Shown here piece after piece: positions 1-12,700 of a DNA stretch of 64,000 nt. The stretch comes from Pecten maximus (taxonomy: Eukaryota). Within the stretch, counting starts at the first letter, position 1. Each line of letters starts with the position of its first letter. The notes beneath the pieces are model-generated. The model had not been told where the DNA came from. It did no database searches and worked only from the letters and a program-made list of their open reading frames with translations. The stretch spans positions 51,770,001 through 51,834,000 of the forward strand of contig NC_047016.1 in assembly GCF_902652985.1 (NCBI RefSeq), in the 5' to 3' direction. Position numbers and translations under genes: made by a program.

Positions 1-737
1 ACTCTCCTTAACTAAGCTGTACCTGACAGTGTTGGTGAAGTCTCCCAGACCGTTACACACAACACACATCAACTCTCCCAGACCGTTACACACGACACAC
101 ATCAACTCTCCTTAACTACGCTGTACCTGACAGTGTTGGTGAAGTCTCCCAGACCGTTACACACGACACACATCAACTCTCCCAGACCGTTACACACGAC
201 ACACATCAACTCTCCTTAACTAAGCTGTACCTGACAGTGTTGGTGAAGTCTCCCAGACCGTTACACACGACACACATCAACTCTCCCAGACCGTTACACA
301 CGACACACATCAACTCTCCTTAACTACGCTGTACCTGACAGTGTTGGTGAAGTCTCCCAGCCCGTTACACACAACACACATCAACTCTCCCAGACCGTTA
401 CACACGACACACATCAACTCTCCTTAACTAAGCTGTGTCTGACAGTGTTGGTGTAGTCTCCCAGACCGTTACACACGACACACATCAACTCTCCCAGACC
501 GTTACACACGACACACATCAAGTCTCCTTAACTAAGCTGTACCTGACAGTGTTGGTGAAGTCTCCCAGCCCGTTACACACAACACACATCAACTCTCCTT
601 AACTAAGCTGTACCTGACAGTGTTGGTGAAGTCTCCCAGACCATTACACACAACACACATCAACTCTCCTTAACTAAGCTGTACCTGACAGTGTTGGTGA
701 AGTCTCCCAGCCCGTTACACACAACACACATCAACTC
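1..737 (-). repeat. Minisatellite, 71/104-bp units = last 53 nt of PHF14 exon 20 + first 18 nt of the intron (donor included)
   Basis: About 8 units are visible, truncated by the window edge. Minus-strand unit: gagttgatgtgtgttgtgtgtaacgggctgggagacttcaccaacactgtcag|gtacagcttagttaagga. Confidence 0.95.
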
Positions 738-3700
738 CCCACGAAAGTGTTCCTCTTTTCCTCCTCTCTGTTTCTTGGATGGTGGAGGCTGACTTAGCTT
801 AATTGATGTATCTGGTGTTGGTTCAGTCTAAAGAAAAAATAGAAAAAGAGAAAAAAAATATGAATTTTTTTCAATATCAACAAGATGTTGAGGGACTCTG
901 TGTTCCACTTTATAAGCCTATACATTAATTCACATCCATAAAGGGCATCCATTGTCCAATTAACTGATCAAAGCTGTTAACTAATTCCCCACCACCTATC
1001 AAATATTTAACAAATTTAGTATAAGGACTAAAAGGAATATGGGGGTTTATCCCACCAACCATCAAATCCTTTAATACAAGTGCCGCCCACCCCTCCCACA
1101 CAGATAATTCTGGAATTGCCTTAAATTATTTGGGTATTAGAAATGCATTTACCCCTCTTCATTTAAACATATTAGAAATGCGTTTACCCCTCTTCATTTA
1201 AACATATCAGAAATGCGTTTACCCCTCTTCATTTAAACATATTAGAAATGCGTTTACCCCTCTTCATTTAAACATATCAGAAATGCGTTTACCCCTCTTC
1301 ATTTAAACATTTGTTCAGACCCACTCCGATTTCCCTGGGCTCTAGAGTCATGATTTCTACACTTTGGACCCCGAGTAGTTTTATACAACATTATTTATCA
1401 TACCCTGTACCTGACAATAAATTCACATTTAAATGTACCATTGTCTTGTGTGTCTGTTTGTATTATCCTTTGACATTACCGACCAGTCAGTTCTGTCATT
1501 GCATTTTAGCTCCACCTATGTTTGCCATAACTCGGATTGTCACATTTTAAAACCAGCATTATCACATTCTAACTTCTTATGAACTATAGCATGATAGCTG
1601 CACATGTAATTTTTGTACAAAACGTAGGTGTTATTTGTATGGAGTTTGTATCATAATCTTGTAAAGATCCAGTTTACATGGCTGCTACTGTAAAACTTTC
1701 TTGAGAGGAACAGTATTTATACAAATTTCTGCTTATAATATACTTCAATATCCATATATATGTATAGTTACACCCAAATCTAAGTTAAAATCAAATTTGG
1801 ATCAAACCTTTTAGAATATCATTTTAAAATCTTGTAACAATTTCCAGAAATAACAAACTATTCACAAAGATCAACTTTATTTATGTGCTAGTTATTATTT
1901 CAAAATCTAGTATACATGTAACAAATTTCTGATATGACAAGATATACTATGATTACCAATCACCAATTAGTTTTAGTACAATCTGTAGAGGTTTTACCTG
2001 TACCGTACCTCAGTAACAGTGCCGTACCTTAGTTACAGGCATGTCTGATATATCCACACTCGGTCTACTGGTGGAGGGACTATATTTATCCACACTCGGT
2101 CTGTTGGTGGAGGGACTATATTTATCCACACTCGGTCTGTTGGTGGAGGGACTATATTTATCCACACTCAGTCTATTGGTGGAGGGACTATATTTATCCA
2201 CACTCGGTCTGTTGGTGGAGGGACTATATTTATCCACACTCGGTCTGTTGGTGGAGGGACTATATTTATCCACACTCGGTCTACTGGTGGAGGGACTATA
2301 TTTATCCACACTCGGTCTAATGATGGAGGGACTATATTTATCCACACTCAGTCTACTGGTGGAGGGACTATATTTATCAACACTCCGTCTACTGGTGGAG
2401 GGACTATATTTATCCACACTCGGTCTACTGGTGGAGGGACTATATTTATCCACACTCGGTCTAATGGTGGAGGGACTATATTTATCCACACTCGGTCTGT
2501 TGGTGGAGGGACTATATTTATCCACACTCAAGTCTACTGGTGGAGGGACTATATTTATCAACACTCTGTCTACTGGTGGAGGGACTATATTTCTCCACAC
2601 TCCGTCTACTTGTGGAAGGACTACAATGTATATTTCTCCACACTCAGTCTACTGGTGGAGGGACTATATTTATCCACACTCGGTCTATTGATGGAGGGAC
2701 TATATTTATCAACACTTGGTCTACTGGTGGAGGGACTATATTTATCAACACTTGGTCTACTGGTGGAGGGACTATATTTATCCACACTCCGTCTACTGTT
2801 GGAGGGACTATATCTATCCGTTCTCGGTCTACTGGTGGAGGGACTATATTTATTTACACTCGGTCTATTGGTGGAGGGACTATATTTATCCACACTCCGT
2901 CTACCGGTGGAGGGACTATATTTATCCACACTCCGTCTACCGGTGGAGGGACTATATTTATCCACACTCGGTCTACTGGTGGAGGGACTATATTTATCCA
3001 CACTTGGTCTATTGGTGGAGGGACTATATTTATCCACACTCGGTCTACTGGTGGAGGGACTATATTTATCCACACTTGGTCTTCTGATGGAGGGACTATA
3101 TTTATCCACATTTGGTCTATTGGTGGAGGCACTATATTTACGTGGTAGTTTTAGTACAATCTGTCGAGGTTTTATCTGTACCATACCTTAGTTACAGTGG
3201 CGTACCTTAGTTACAGTGCCGAACCTTAGTTACAGTGCCGTACCTTAGTTACAGGAGTGTCAGATATATCCACACTCCGTCTTTTGGTGGAGGGACTATA
3301 TTTACTGGTAGTTTTAGTACAATCTGTCGAGGTTTTATCTGTACCGTACCTTAGTTACAGTGCCGTACCTTAGTTACAGGAGTGTCAGATATATCCACAC
3401 TTGGTCTATTGGTGGAGGGACTAAATTTATCCACACTCGGTCTATTGGTGGAGGGACTAAATTTATCCACACTCGGTCTACTGGTGGAGGGACTAAATTT
3501 ATCCACACTCGGTCTATTGGTGGAGGGACTAAATTTATCCACACTCGGTCTACTGGTGGAGGGACTCTCCGCGACTGATACATCCTCCTTGTTTACTCGT
3601 TTCTTCTGTCTTCCCTTCTTGGTACCACTCTTCACGCTGTACTTTGATGGTAACTAAACAAATGTAAAATGTAGGTGAAAGTAAAAATGAATTTTACGGG

Positions 3701-6700
3701 GGAGAATGGAGATTTTGAAATTGTCCACGATTTCTCAATTCATTTTATTTTTACAATGTTTTTTTGTGATTTTAGTGAAAAACAGAACCCCGCAAATAAA
3801 AATAAAAGCAAAGTGAGTTGGGACTCGCATAGATATATAACCTCTATCCTTAAAAGTGATCAAGTGTGACCTTTGACCTTTAACCCTAACAGGTGATCAC
3901 CAAACTCTAATCAGGTGTTGAACTTGAGGCTGTGATGCTATGGTTCAAATTATAAATATGAACTAAATTTGTCAAGGGGGTTCATGAGATATTTCTACAC
4001 AAGCTGTGTATGAATGGATGGAGACACCAAGTGATTAGTACTAATACCACATTGTACCCCCCCCCCCCCCCCCCCCTCCTTACTGGGGTATAAAATCCTT
4101 AACAAATTTCCCAGTCATGGTTTATAGTGTAGAACAACCCTAGCACTGACCAAACTTGGACAGAATCTGCTCAACAGGTAACAAACTTTCTCCATCAATG
4201 TTTTCTTACCTTTTCAAATTCATATTTAAGGTCAGGTGACCATTTGAAAGGCTCTTTGATTTTCTCTCGTAGTCGACGTGGAGCATTGATGTCCTCCTTA
4301 TTGCCCTCCTCCGGACCGCTGCTGGAGTTATCACACTCGGAACACTGCCTGTAAACAACCAGTTTTATCTTTAAAGATCTAGTTCAGTGGCTAAATGTAG
4401 AATCACATGACCATAAGCTTCAGAGATATAACTAGCACACTTTACAAGGCTCGTAAAACGTAGAGTCAAACCTCTGCTGATTGAATCTAAAGTTCATGTT
4501 AGGAGGCATAACACATAACTTAAGGTCATGGTCTTTCAAACTAAGCTCGTAAAAGTGTTACAATTTGATTACAAACCAATTACATGGAGGATACCGACAA
4601 GTGTCTTCTTGTTTATTTACCTCGGTACATTAAGGTGAAATGTTGATAATACAACATTCTAAAAATCAGAACCATTGAAGTAATTACAACTGAATCATGT
4701 GGCATACAAACGAGGACCAATCTTTAGAAAGTGTTCTAGATGCCAGTGTTTCCAGGTTCAGTAGCTTTACTACTAATCCCAGTCACAAAACTTACCAGCC
4801 CATCAGCTTGGTTTTCTTGGGCATGCGAGTGAGTGGTGGTTCCAGACAGCCCAGGTGGTAATACTTTTTACATAGGTCACACTTCACCAGTAGATGTGGA
4901 TTACAGGACTTTTTACACACAGCACACCTGTCAGCAGAACAATCCCAAATGCAATGTTTTCTAAACACAGGTCAAATTGTGATCTCCTTTGAAAATTAAA
5001 TATTTTGATCTAGCCTTGTAAAACTATTTTAAAGAGTTACCAATACTTAACTCTTTTCTACTGCAAAATACTAAACACTCGTCATTTATATCAGATTTTT
5101 AATCGCACAAATTGTTTTTTAAGTATGGTAGCATACATCTTCTGGTCTCCCTATCAAAGTAAGGTAGCACACATTTTCAAGTCTCCTTGTCAAAGTAAGT
5201 TAGCACCCAGCCTTAAGTTTCCCTGTCAAAGTAAGGTAGCACACATTTTCAAGTCTCCTTGTCAAAGTAAGGTAACATACAGCCTTAAGTCTCCATGTCA
5301 AAGTAAGGTAGCATACAGCCTTAAGTCTCCTTGTCAAAGCAAGGTAGTTCACATTTTAAAGTCTCTCTGTCAAAGTAATGTAACATTAAGCCTGAAGCCT
5401 CCATGTCAAAGTAAGGTAACATACAGCCTTAAGTCTCCCTGTCAAAGTAAGGTAACATACAGCCTTAAGTCTCCCTGTCAAAGTAAGGTAACATACACCC
5501 TTAAGTCTCCCTGTCAAAGTAAGGTAACATACACCCTTAGGTCTCCCTGTCAAAGGAAGGTAGCATACAGCCTTAAGTCTACATGTCATAGTAAGGTAAA
5601 ACACAGCCTTAAGTCTCCATGTCAAAGTAAGGTAACATACAGCCTCAAGTCTCCCTGTCAAAGTAAGGTAACATACAGCCTTAAGTCTCCCTGTCAAAGT
5701 AAGGTAGCATACAGCCTTAAGTCTCCCTGTCAAAGTAAGGTAGCATACAGCCTTAAGTCTCCCTGTCAAAGTAAGGTAGCATACAGCCTTAAGTCTCCCT
5801 GTCAAAGTAAGGTAACATACAGCCTTAAGTCTCCCTGTCAAAGTAAGGTAACATACACCCTTAAGTCTCCCTGTCAAAGTAAGGTAACATACACCCTTAG
5901 GTCTCCCTGTCAAAGGAAGGTAGCATACAGCCTTAAGTCTACATGTCATAGTAAGGTAAAACACAGCCTTAAGTCTCCATGTCAAAGTAAGGTAACATAC
6001 AGCCTCAAGTCTCCCTGTCAAAGTAAGGTAACATACAGCCTTAAGTCTCCCTGTCAAAGTAAGGTAGCATACAGCCTTAAGTCTCCCTGTCAAAGTAAGG
6101 TAGCATACAGCCTTAAGTCTCCCTGTCAAAGTAAGGTAGCATACAGCCTTAAGTCTCCCTGTCAAAGTAAGGTAACATACAGCCTTAAGTCTCCCTGTCA
6201 AAGTAAGGTAGCATACAGCCTTAAGTCTCCCTGTCAAAGTAAGGTAGCATACAGCCTTAAGTCTCCCTGTCAAAGTAAGGTAACATACAGCCTTAAGTCT
6301 CCCTGTCAAAGAAAGGTAGCATACAGCCTTAAGTCTCCCTGTCAAAGGAAGGTAGCATACATCCTTAAGTCTCCATGTCACCGTAAGGTAGCATACATCC
6401 TTAAGTCTCCTTGTCAAAGTAAGGTAGCATACAGCGTTAAGTCTCAGTGTCAAAGTAAGGTAGCATACAGTCTTAAGTCTCCTTGTCAAAGTAAGGTAGC
6501 ATCCAGCCTTAAGTCTCTCCATGTCAAAGTAAGGTAGCATACAGCCTTAAGTCTCCCTGTCAAAGTAAGGTAACATACACCCTTAGGTCTCCCTGTCAAA
6601 GTAAGGTAGCATACAGCCTTAAGTCTCCCTGTCAAAGTAAGGTAGCATACAGCCTTAAGTCTCCCTGTCAAAGTAAGGTAGCATACAGCCTTAAGTCTCC

Positions 6701-9700
6701 CTGTCAAAGTAAGGTAACATACAGCCTTAAGTCTCCCTGTCAAAGTAAGGTAGCATACAGCCTTAAGTCTCCCTGTCAAAGTAAGGTAACATACAGCCTT
6801 AAGTCTCCCTGTCAAAGTAAGGTAGCATACAGCCTTAAGTCTCCCTGTCAAAGTAAGGTAGCATACAGCCTTAAGTCTCCCTGTCAAAGGAAGGTAGCAT
6901 ACATCCTTAAGTCTCCATGTCACCGTAAGGTAGCATACATCCTTAAGTCTCCATGTCAAAGTAAGGTAGCATACAGCCTTAAGTCTCCCTGTCAAAGTAA
7001 GGTAGCATACAGCCTTAAGTCTCCGTGTCAAAGTAAGGTAGCATACAGCCTTAAGTCTCTCCATGTCAAAGTAAGGTAACATACAGCCTTAAGTCTCTCC
7101 TTGTCAAAGTAAGGTAGCATACAGCCTTAAGTCTGCCTGTCAAAGTAAGGTAGCATACAGCCTTAAGTCTCCGTGTCAAAGTAAGGTAACATACAGCCTT
7201 AAGTCTCTCCATGTCAAAGTAAGGTAGCATACAGTCTTAAGTCTCCTTGTCAAAGTAAGGTAGCATACAGCCTTAAGTCTCCGTGTCAAAGTAAGGTAAC
7301 ATACAGCCTTAAGTCTCTCCATGTCAAAGTAAGGTAGCATACAGTCTTAAGTCTCCTTGTCAAAGTAAGGTAGCATACAGCCTTAAGTCTCCGTGTCAAA
7401 GTAAGGTAGCATCCAGCCTTAAGTCTCTCCGTGTCAAAGTAAGGTAGCATACAGCCTTAAGTCTCCCTGTCAAAGTAAGGTAGCATACAGCCTTAAGTGT
7501 TACTCACTGGTTAATGATGGCAGGAGGTGAGACACAGGGTACACTATCGTGTCTTGTTGGGGTTTTGACTGGGGCTCTCTTGGTATTGAACATCTCTGGC
7601 ATAGTGAGAGGCTGAAGGTGATAAAAAAATCCCACATAAATAGGTACAGTTTCAGGGTTCACTGGGATACAATCAAATAGATGTAGTACATGTATTCAAA
7701 AGCCACATTTAAAACCCATGTGAATTTAGCCCTTAAATGAAAATCCTGTTTCCTGTAAAGAATATGTTCTGGAAGGTTTGTGAGGCTAGACCTTAGATTT
7801 AAAATTTCTTCAATTTTATTCTTATTTTAAACCTAAATATCACTTTGAATTTTACTTCTTCTCTCTGATTTCTTAAAGTTAGGCTTTTCTGCAATCAATC
7901 TAATCAATCTAATGCCAAAAGTCAAGAGGCGATTTCTGAATATCAAATCACCAATAATCTATTATTTCAATTAATCAAGTAGAAATATTCAGTTCAGTTG
8001 AGATGGATCTGGAGATGCTGACCTTGACCATCATCTCTGTAAGCATGCTGTACATGTTCGATCCCTCCTGTTTCAATCGCTGTGAGTGGTCCTTTAGGCG
8101 GTCAATATCAGCAAGCAGCTGTTTCAAATAGAAAACCAAGGTAAACTAATTATTTAAGTTTCCATAAACAACTGTAGTCAGTAATTGCGAAGCTCACCAG
8201 CAGCAGCCATAGGAATATGCTTATGCCACCGGTAATGAAAAGTTTCAGAAACTTATTCCAATATAGAATTTCAATGCCAAATTGTTTCATTTTATGCACC
8301 AACAGAATATATTTGTTGAGATAAAAACAATATTTTGCCTGTATCTGTTACAGTAGTAGTCATCAACCTGGTCATACTGTCGACGTAAGTTGTTCTCCTG
8401 TTTTTGTAGTATCCTGTGTTTATTTACCTCACCGCACTGTCAACGTAGGACGTTCTCCTGTTTTTGCAGTACACTGTTTTACTATTTACCTGGTTGAACT
8501 GTCAACGTAGGACGTTCTCCTGTTTTTGCAGTATACTGTTTTACTATTTACCTGGTTGAACTGTCGATGTAGGACGTTCTCCTGTTTTTGCAGTACACTG
8601 TTTTACTATTTACCTGGTTGAACTGTCAACGTAGGACGTTCTCCTGTTTTTGCAGTACACTGTTTTACTATTTACCTGGTTGAACTGTCGATGTAGGACG
8701 TTCTCCTGTTTTTGCAGTATACTGTGTTACTATTTACCTGGTCGAACTGTCGACGTAGGACATCCTCCTGTTTTTGCAGTATACTGTACTATTATTTACC
8801 TGGTCGAACTGTCGACGTAGGACATCCTCCTGTTTTTGCAGTATACTGTACTATTATTTACCTGGTCGTACTGTCGACGTAGGATGTTCTCCTGTTTTTG
8901 CAGTATACTGTATTATTATTTACCTGGTCGAACTGTCGACGTAGGACGATCTCCTGTTTTTGCAGTATACTGTGTTACTATTTACCTGGTCGTACTGTCG
9001 ACGTAGGACGATCTCCTGTTTTTGCAGTATACTGTGTTACTACAGTCGACGTAGGAAATCCTCCTGTTTTTGCAATATACTGTATTATTATTTACCTGGT
9101 CATACTGACGGCGGAGGATGTTCTCCTGTTTTTGCAGTATACTGTGTTACTACAGTCGACGTAGGATGTTCTCCTGTTTTTGCAATATACTGTGTTACTA
9201 CAGTCGACGTAGGACGTTCTCCTGTTTTTGCAGTATACTGTATTATTATTTACCTGGTCATACTGACGGCGGAGGATGCTCTCCTGTTTTTGCAGCATAC
9301 TGTTCTGTGTAACATTCTCTGTGATGTTTCTTTTGATGTTATCAATCTTACTGTTCCTTTCTGCAAAAAATAAAAATTCTCAACAATTTCATACTGGAAA
9401 ACTTATCTAGTCATATTTTTTTTACATAAATATATAAATTTTATTACGACAATAACCAAAGACATCTCATTCGATATTCATTTTTATGATCATTTCATTC
9501 TCCGTTATTGTACATTTAAATTATTCAACAGAAAAGGACAAATTAACATACAGAATGAAATAAATCATTATATAAGTTTTACTTTCGTGTCCTAAATTTG
9601 TCTTGTTGACAAGACAGCTGCACTTACCAAGGTAGTAGCTGATGAACTCCACAGACAAAGCCGGAGATATATGCGTTTTCTTGCGCATCTCCTGTTTCTC

Positions 9701-12700
9701 CTCTGTGACATGCTGTACCTGGGTAATGATTCCCATCAGCTCTGCCTTCCGTAGCATCTTCTTTACGCAGGAGGGACTCGATGTCAGATATCTCACCAGC
9801 TTCTGTGTCGGTACTGAACAACACAAAAACACTGATCAGGCAGTCTCCATGAAGGTCATGATTATTACTAGTATATCATAATAATTAATTTTGCATTGTT
9901 TGTATGCAGAATGCTGCTTTCTGATTGGCTGAATTTTTTTTTCATACCTCTATGAAAAAAAATCCGAAAATGTGACATCACAATATGGCCACTGACGTTG
10001 TGTATTGATTTGTGAAAAAGAATCCCTTTTAAGATCAGTTAAATGTCAGACCCACCATTTGTAATTTTGCATTTTGAATCTCCACCACTTACAGATGCTT
10101 TAGTCAAATTTGGCTGAGTTCATATCAGTAGTTTTTAAGAAGTTGTTTTTGTTCAATTTTGCTAAATTATTGATGGAGGGATGATGAACGCCACTGCATG
10201 ACATGAGCTCACCTTGGTCCTTCAGACAAAATGAGCTCAAAATAAAATGAAGTAGAGAAAAATGAAGCATTATTTGACCTCCTTGGATCAAATTTTGGTA
10301 TCAATCAAACAAATGTGACTGGTGACACAACTACAGGTAACAAAATCCAAATCAAACAGAACACAGTCTTACCCCATGATGGCGGCCGCTTGAATTTTGA
10401 TATTCTGTACTTTTGTCTATGTCTGTTTAGTTTTCTGTCAAATCGTGTCTGGAAAGAAAACAGAAATGTGTAGTGAGAGTATTGTATAAATGTATAGAGA
10501 AAGTATTACTGAATACTGTCAATCTTTCTCTATCATCAAAATGTGAAGTGAATGGGCAAAAATAAATATCTTCTGATACAAAAGTGAAAGGGCAAAAATA
10601 AATATCTTCTGATACACAGTTTCAAAGTTTAAGTGTTTCTACGTCGTCCTTCTTGTCAAAATAAATCAAAGTCAGCTCTTCAACAAGTTTTTCCTCATAA
10701 ACCATGTCACAGCTTATGTATGAATTTTCAGATATCATTACTAGAATAATTGTTCTTTTCAGTATAATACATTTATGCATGATAACATTATTATTTTCTT
10801 AAGATTTGTATGTGTAGTTGAACTGGACTGGCTTGAACACTGGTGACAGGTAGAATATATAACAAGCTAATTAACATGTTTTTTTAAAAAGACTTCATCA
10901 CATAAAACAAAATGCATATACCGTAAATATTCGCGTATAGTGCGCACTTTTTTTCAAAAATTGACAAGTGAAAAAGACCACTGCGCACTATACGCAAGTA
11001 CAAGCCTTTTCCCAGTCAGAATGAATGTGATTTGACTGAGATTTGTGATCGTTTCCTTTCACAGCAGGATTGATTGAATACTTATAATATATATATATAA
11101 CATATATAAAGCATTAAGAAAGTAACAGTTAACAAATTATCAAAGAAATGAATAGTTATTTTAATGTTTAATTCCTTGAAATTGTGTATTTATCAGCAAT
11201 TACGTGGATTTATCTAAGTCGATCGTGAGCCACATGTTCCGTACACATACGATCTCACTTGAGCATGTTCCCGTATTCAGGTCCAAAACGATGTATAACA
11301 TCTCAATTAACATCAAACAAAACTTGAAATGATATAGCAGTACTTAGTAATTTCATACTTCTAAATTAATCACCTTATAAATCCAGAATGTTGCCAGAAA
11401 CTGATAACGTTCAACTTGTTTATTTACGGAAGCTGTAACAGCACGCATGCGCAATTAGCAGGGGTAACACTAATGCCTTGATCTCATGCGGCAGTCACTG
11501 ACCAACTGGCCATATAAAATACGATATGACTGTGAAAACTACCGGGGTACTCTTATTTATCGTCTGCACTGTATATTTATCCTTTACACATGTTAATTCA
11601 TTGATATAAAAGTTGTGACCAGCACGACGACTGCAGACCTGTTTCCGTACTGTATACAAAATGGCGGCCTGTGTTACATTACGTAGCAGTCAGCTTACTA
11701 GTCAATCTTGTTATAATTGAGCTTAATTAGCTTTGTATGTTCGTGGACAGATACAACAAGATATCATACCTGCGTGAAAAACACAAGGTAATTGAGGGTA
11801 GGATTAATTATTTTGTTGGTACAACAGCGTAGATGGGACCGCTACAATTTGCAAGCTGACTAGGCCTGTGGCGGTATAATGTAAACAACCTGTCAATCCA
11901 ATGTGTCAAATCTGACCGGTGATTCCAATTAAATGTGGTACATATTGTAAATAAGCTTTCATAAGTTACAAATTCCTATCATCTTATGCTTTAGAATTCA
12001 TCTACCGCTCAGTTGAAAATTGAAAAAAAAAATTGTTTTTTTTTTTTTTTAAATGAACCTCAAAAACGTACCTGCGCACTATACGCGAGTGCGCACTATA
12101 CCCGAATATTTACGGTAATGACTTTGCATGGTTTAATTGGTTTTTAATTCGATTTTTAAATTACCTTTATAATGTTTTTAATTATCGACCAAATTAATAT
12201 AATTACCTTTTCCTTCTCGTCCTCGATCACTTTCTCTGTGTGTTTCTTGATATGTGACTGTATGGCGAGCCAATTTCTCCGCTTAGCCCGAGCCATCAAT
12301 TTATCAGCATGCATCTTACAGTAGGCAAAGAAAGGATCGGCAATGTCCTAACATCAGAAAGGAAGAATATTCAACATGGAAATAAGTATTACAATATTTA
12401 GTCTGTTGTTGAGAACGCTCTTTAAAACGATTCAAATTTTAATTTGACAAAGATTTGATTGCCTCATGACTATGCATTCTCTCATTTTTACCTACAACAT
12501 CACAATGCCTGGGGAACTATTAGAATACAGAGCCAAGGGAGTGTAACAAAATTAGTTTGTATCTACACAAATTATAAAAGTATATGCAGTTTTTCTGTAT
12601 AGTGTTTTCAGTACATTAGCTCTCTGGTACAGACAAGATGTAGTTTTCATTTAACAATGCACAAAAAATAAACACTATAATTTCACACAATATATTACCC

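Noticed and set aside
2010-3191. Multiple overlapping 120-216 aa ORFs on both strands
   Set aside because: They are by-products of a stop-free 33-bp minisatellite. Only the minus-strand frame within exon 3369-3653 is supported as coding.
5125-7082. 470-aa KSPCQSKVAYSL repeat ORF and its antisense ORFs
   Set aside because: A 36-bp tandem array within a PHF14 intron, open on both strands, broken by 2-bp indels, with no unique domain.
1-9300. CRISPR-like appearance of the regularly spaced repeats
   Set aside because: Units are contiguous tandem copies without unique spacers, there are no cas genes, and the context is intronic and eukaryotic.
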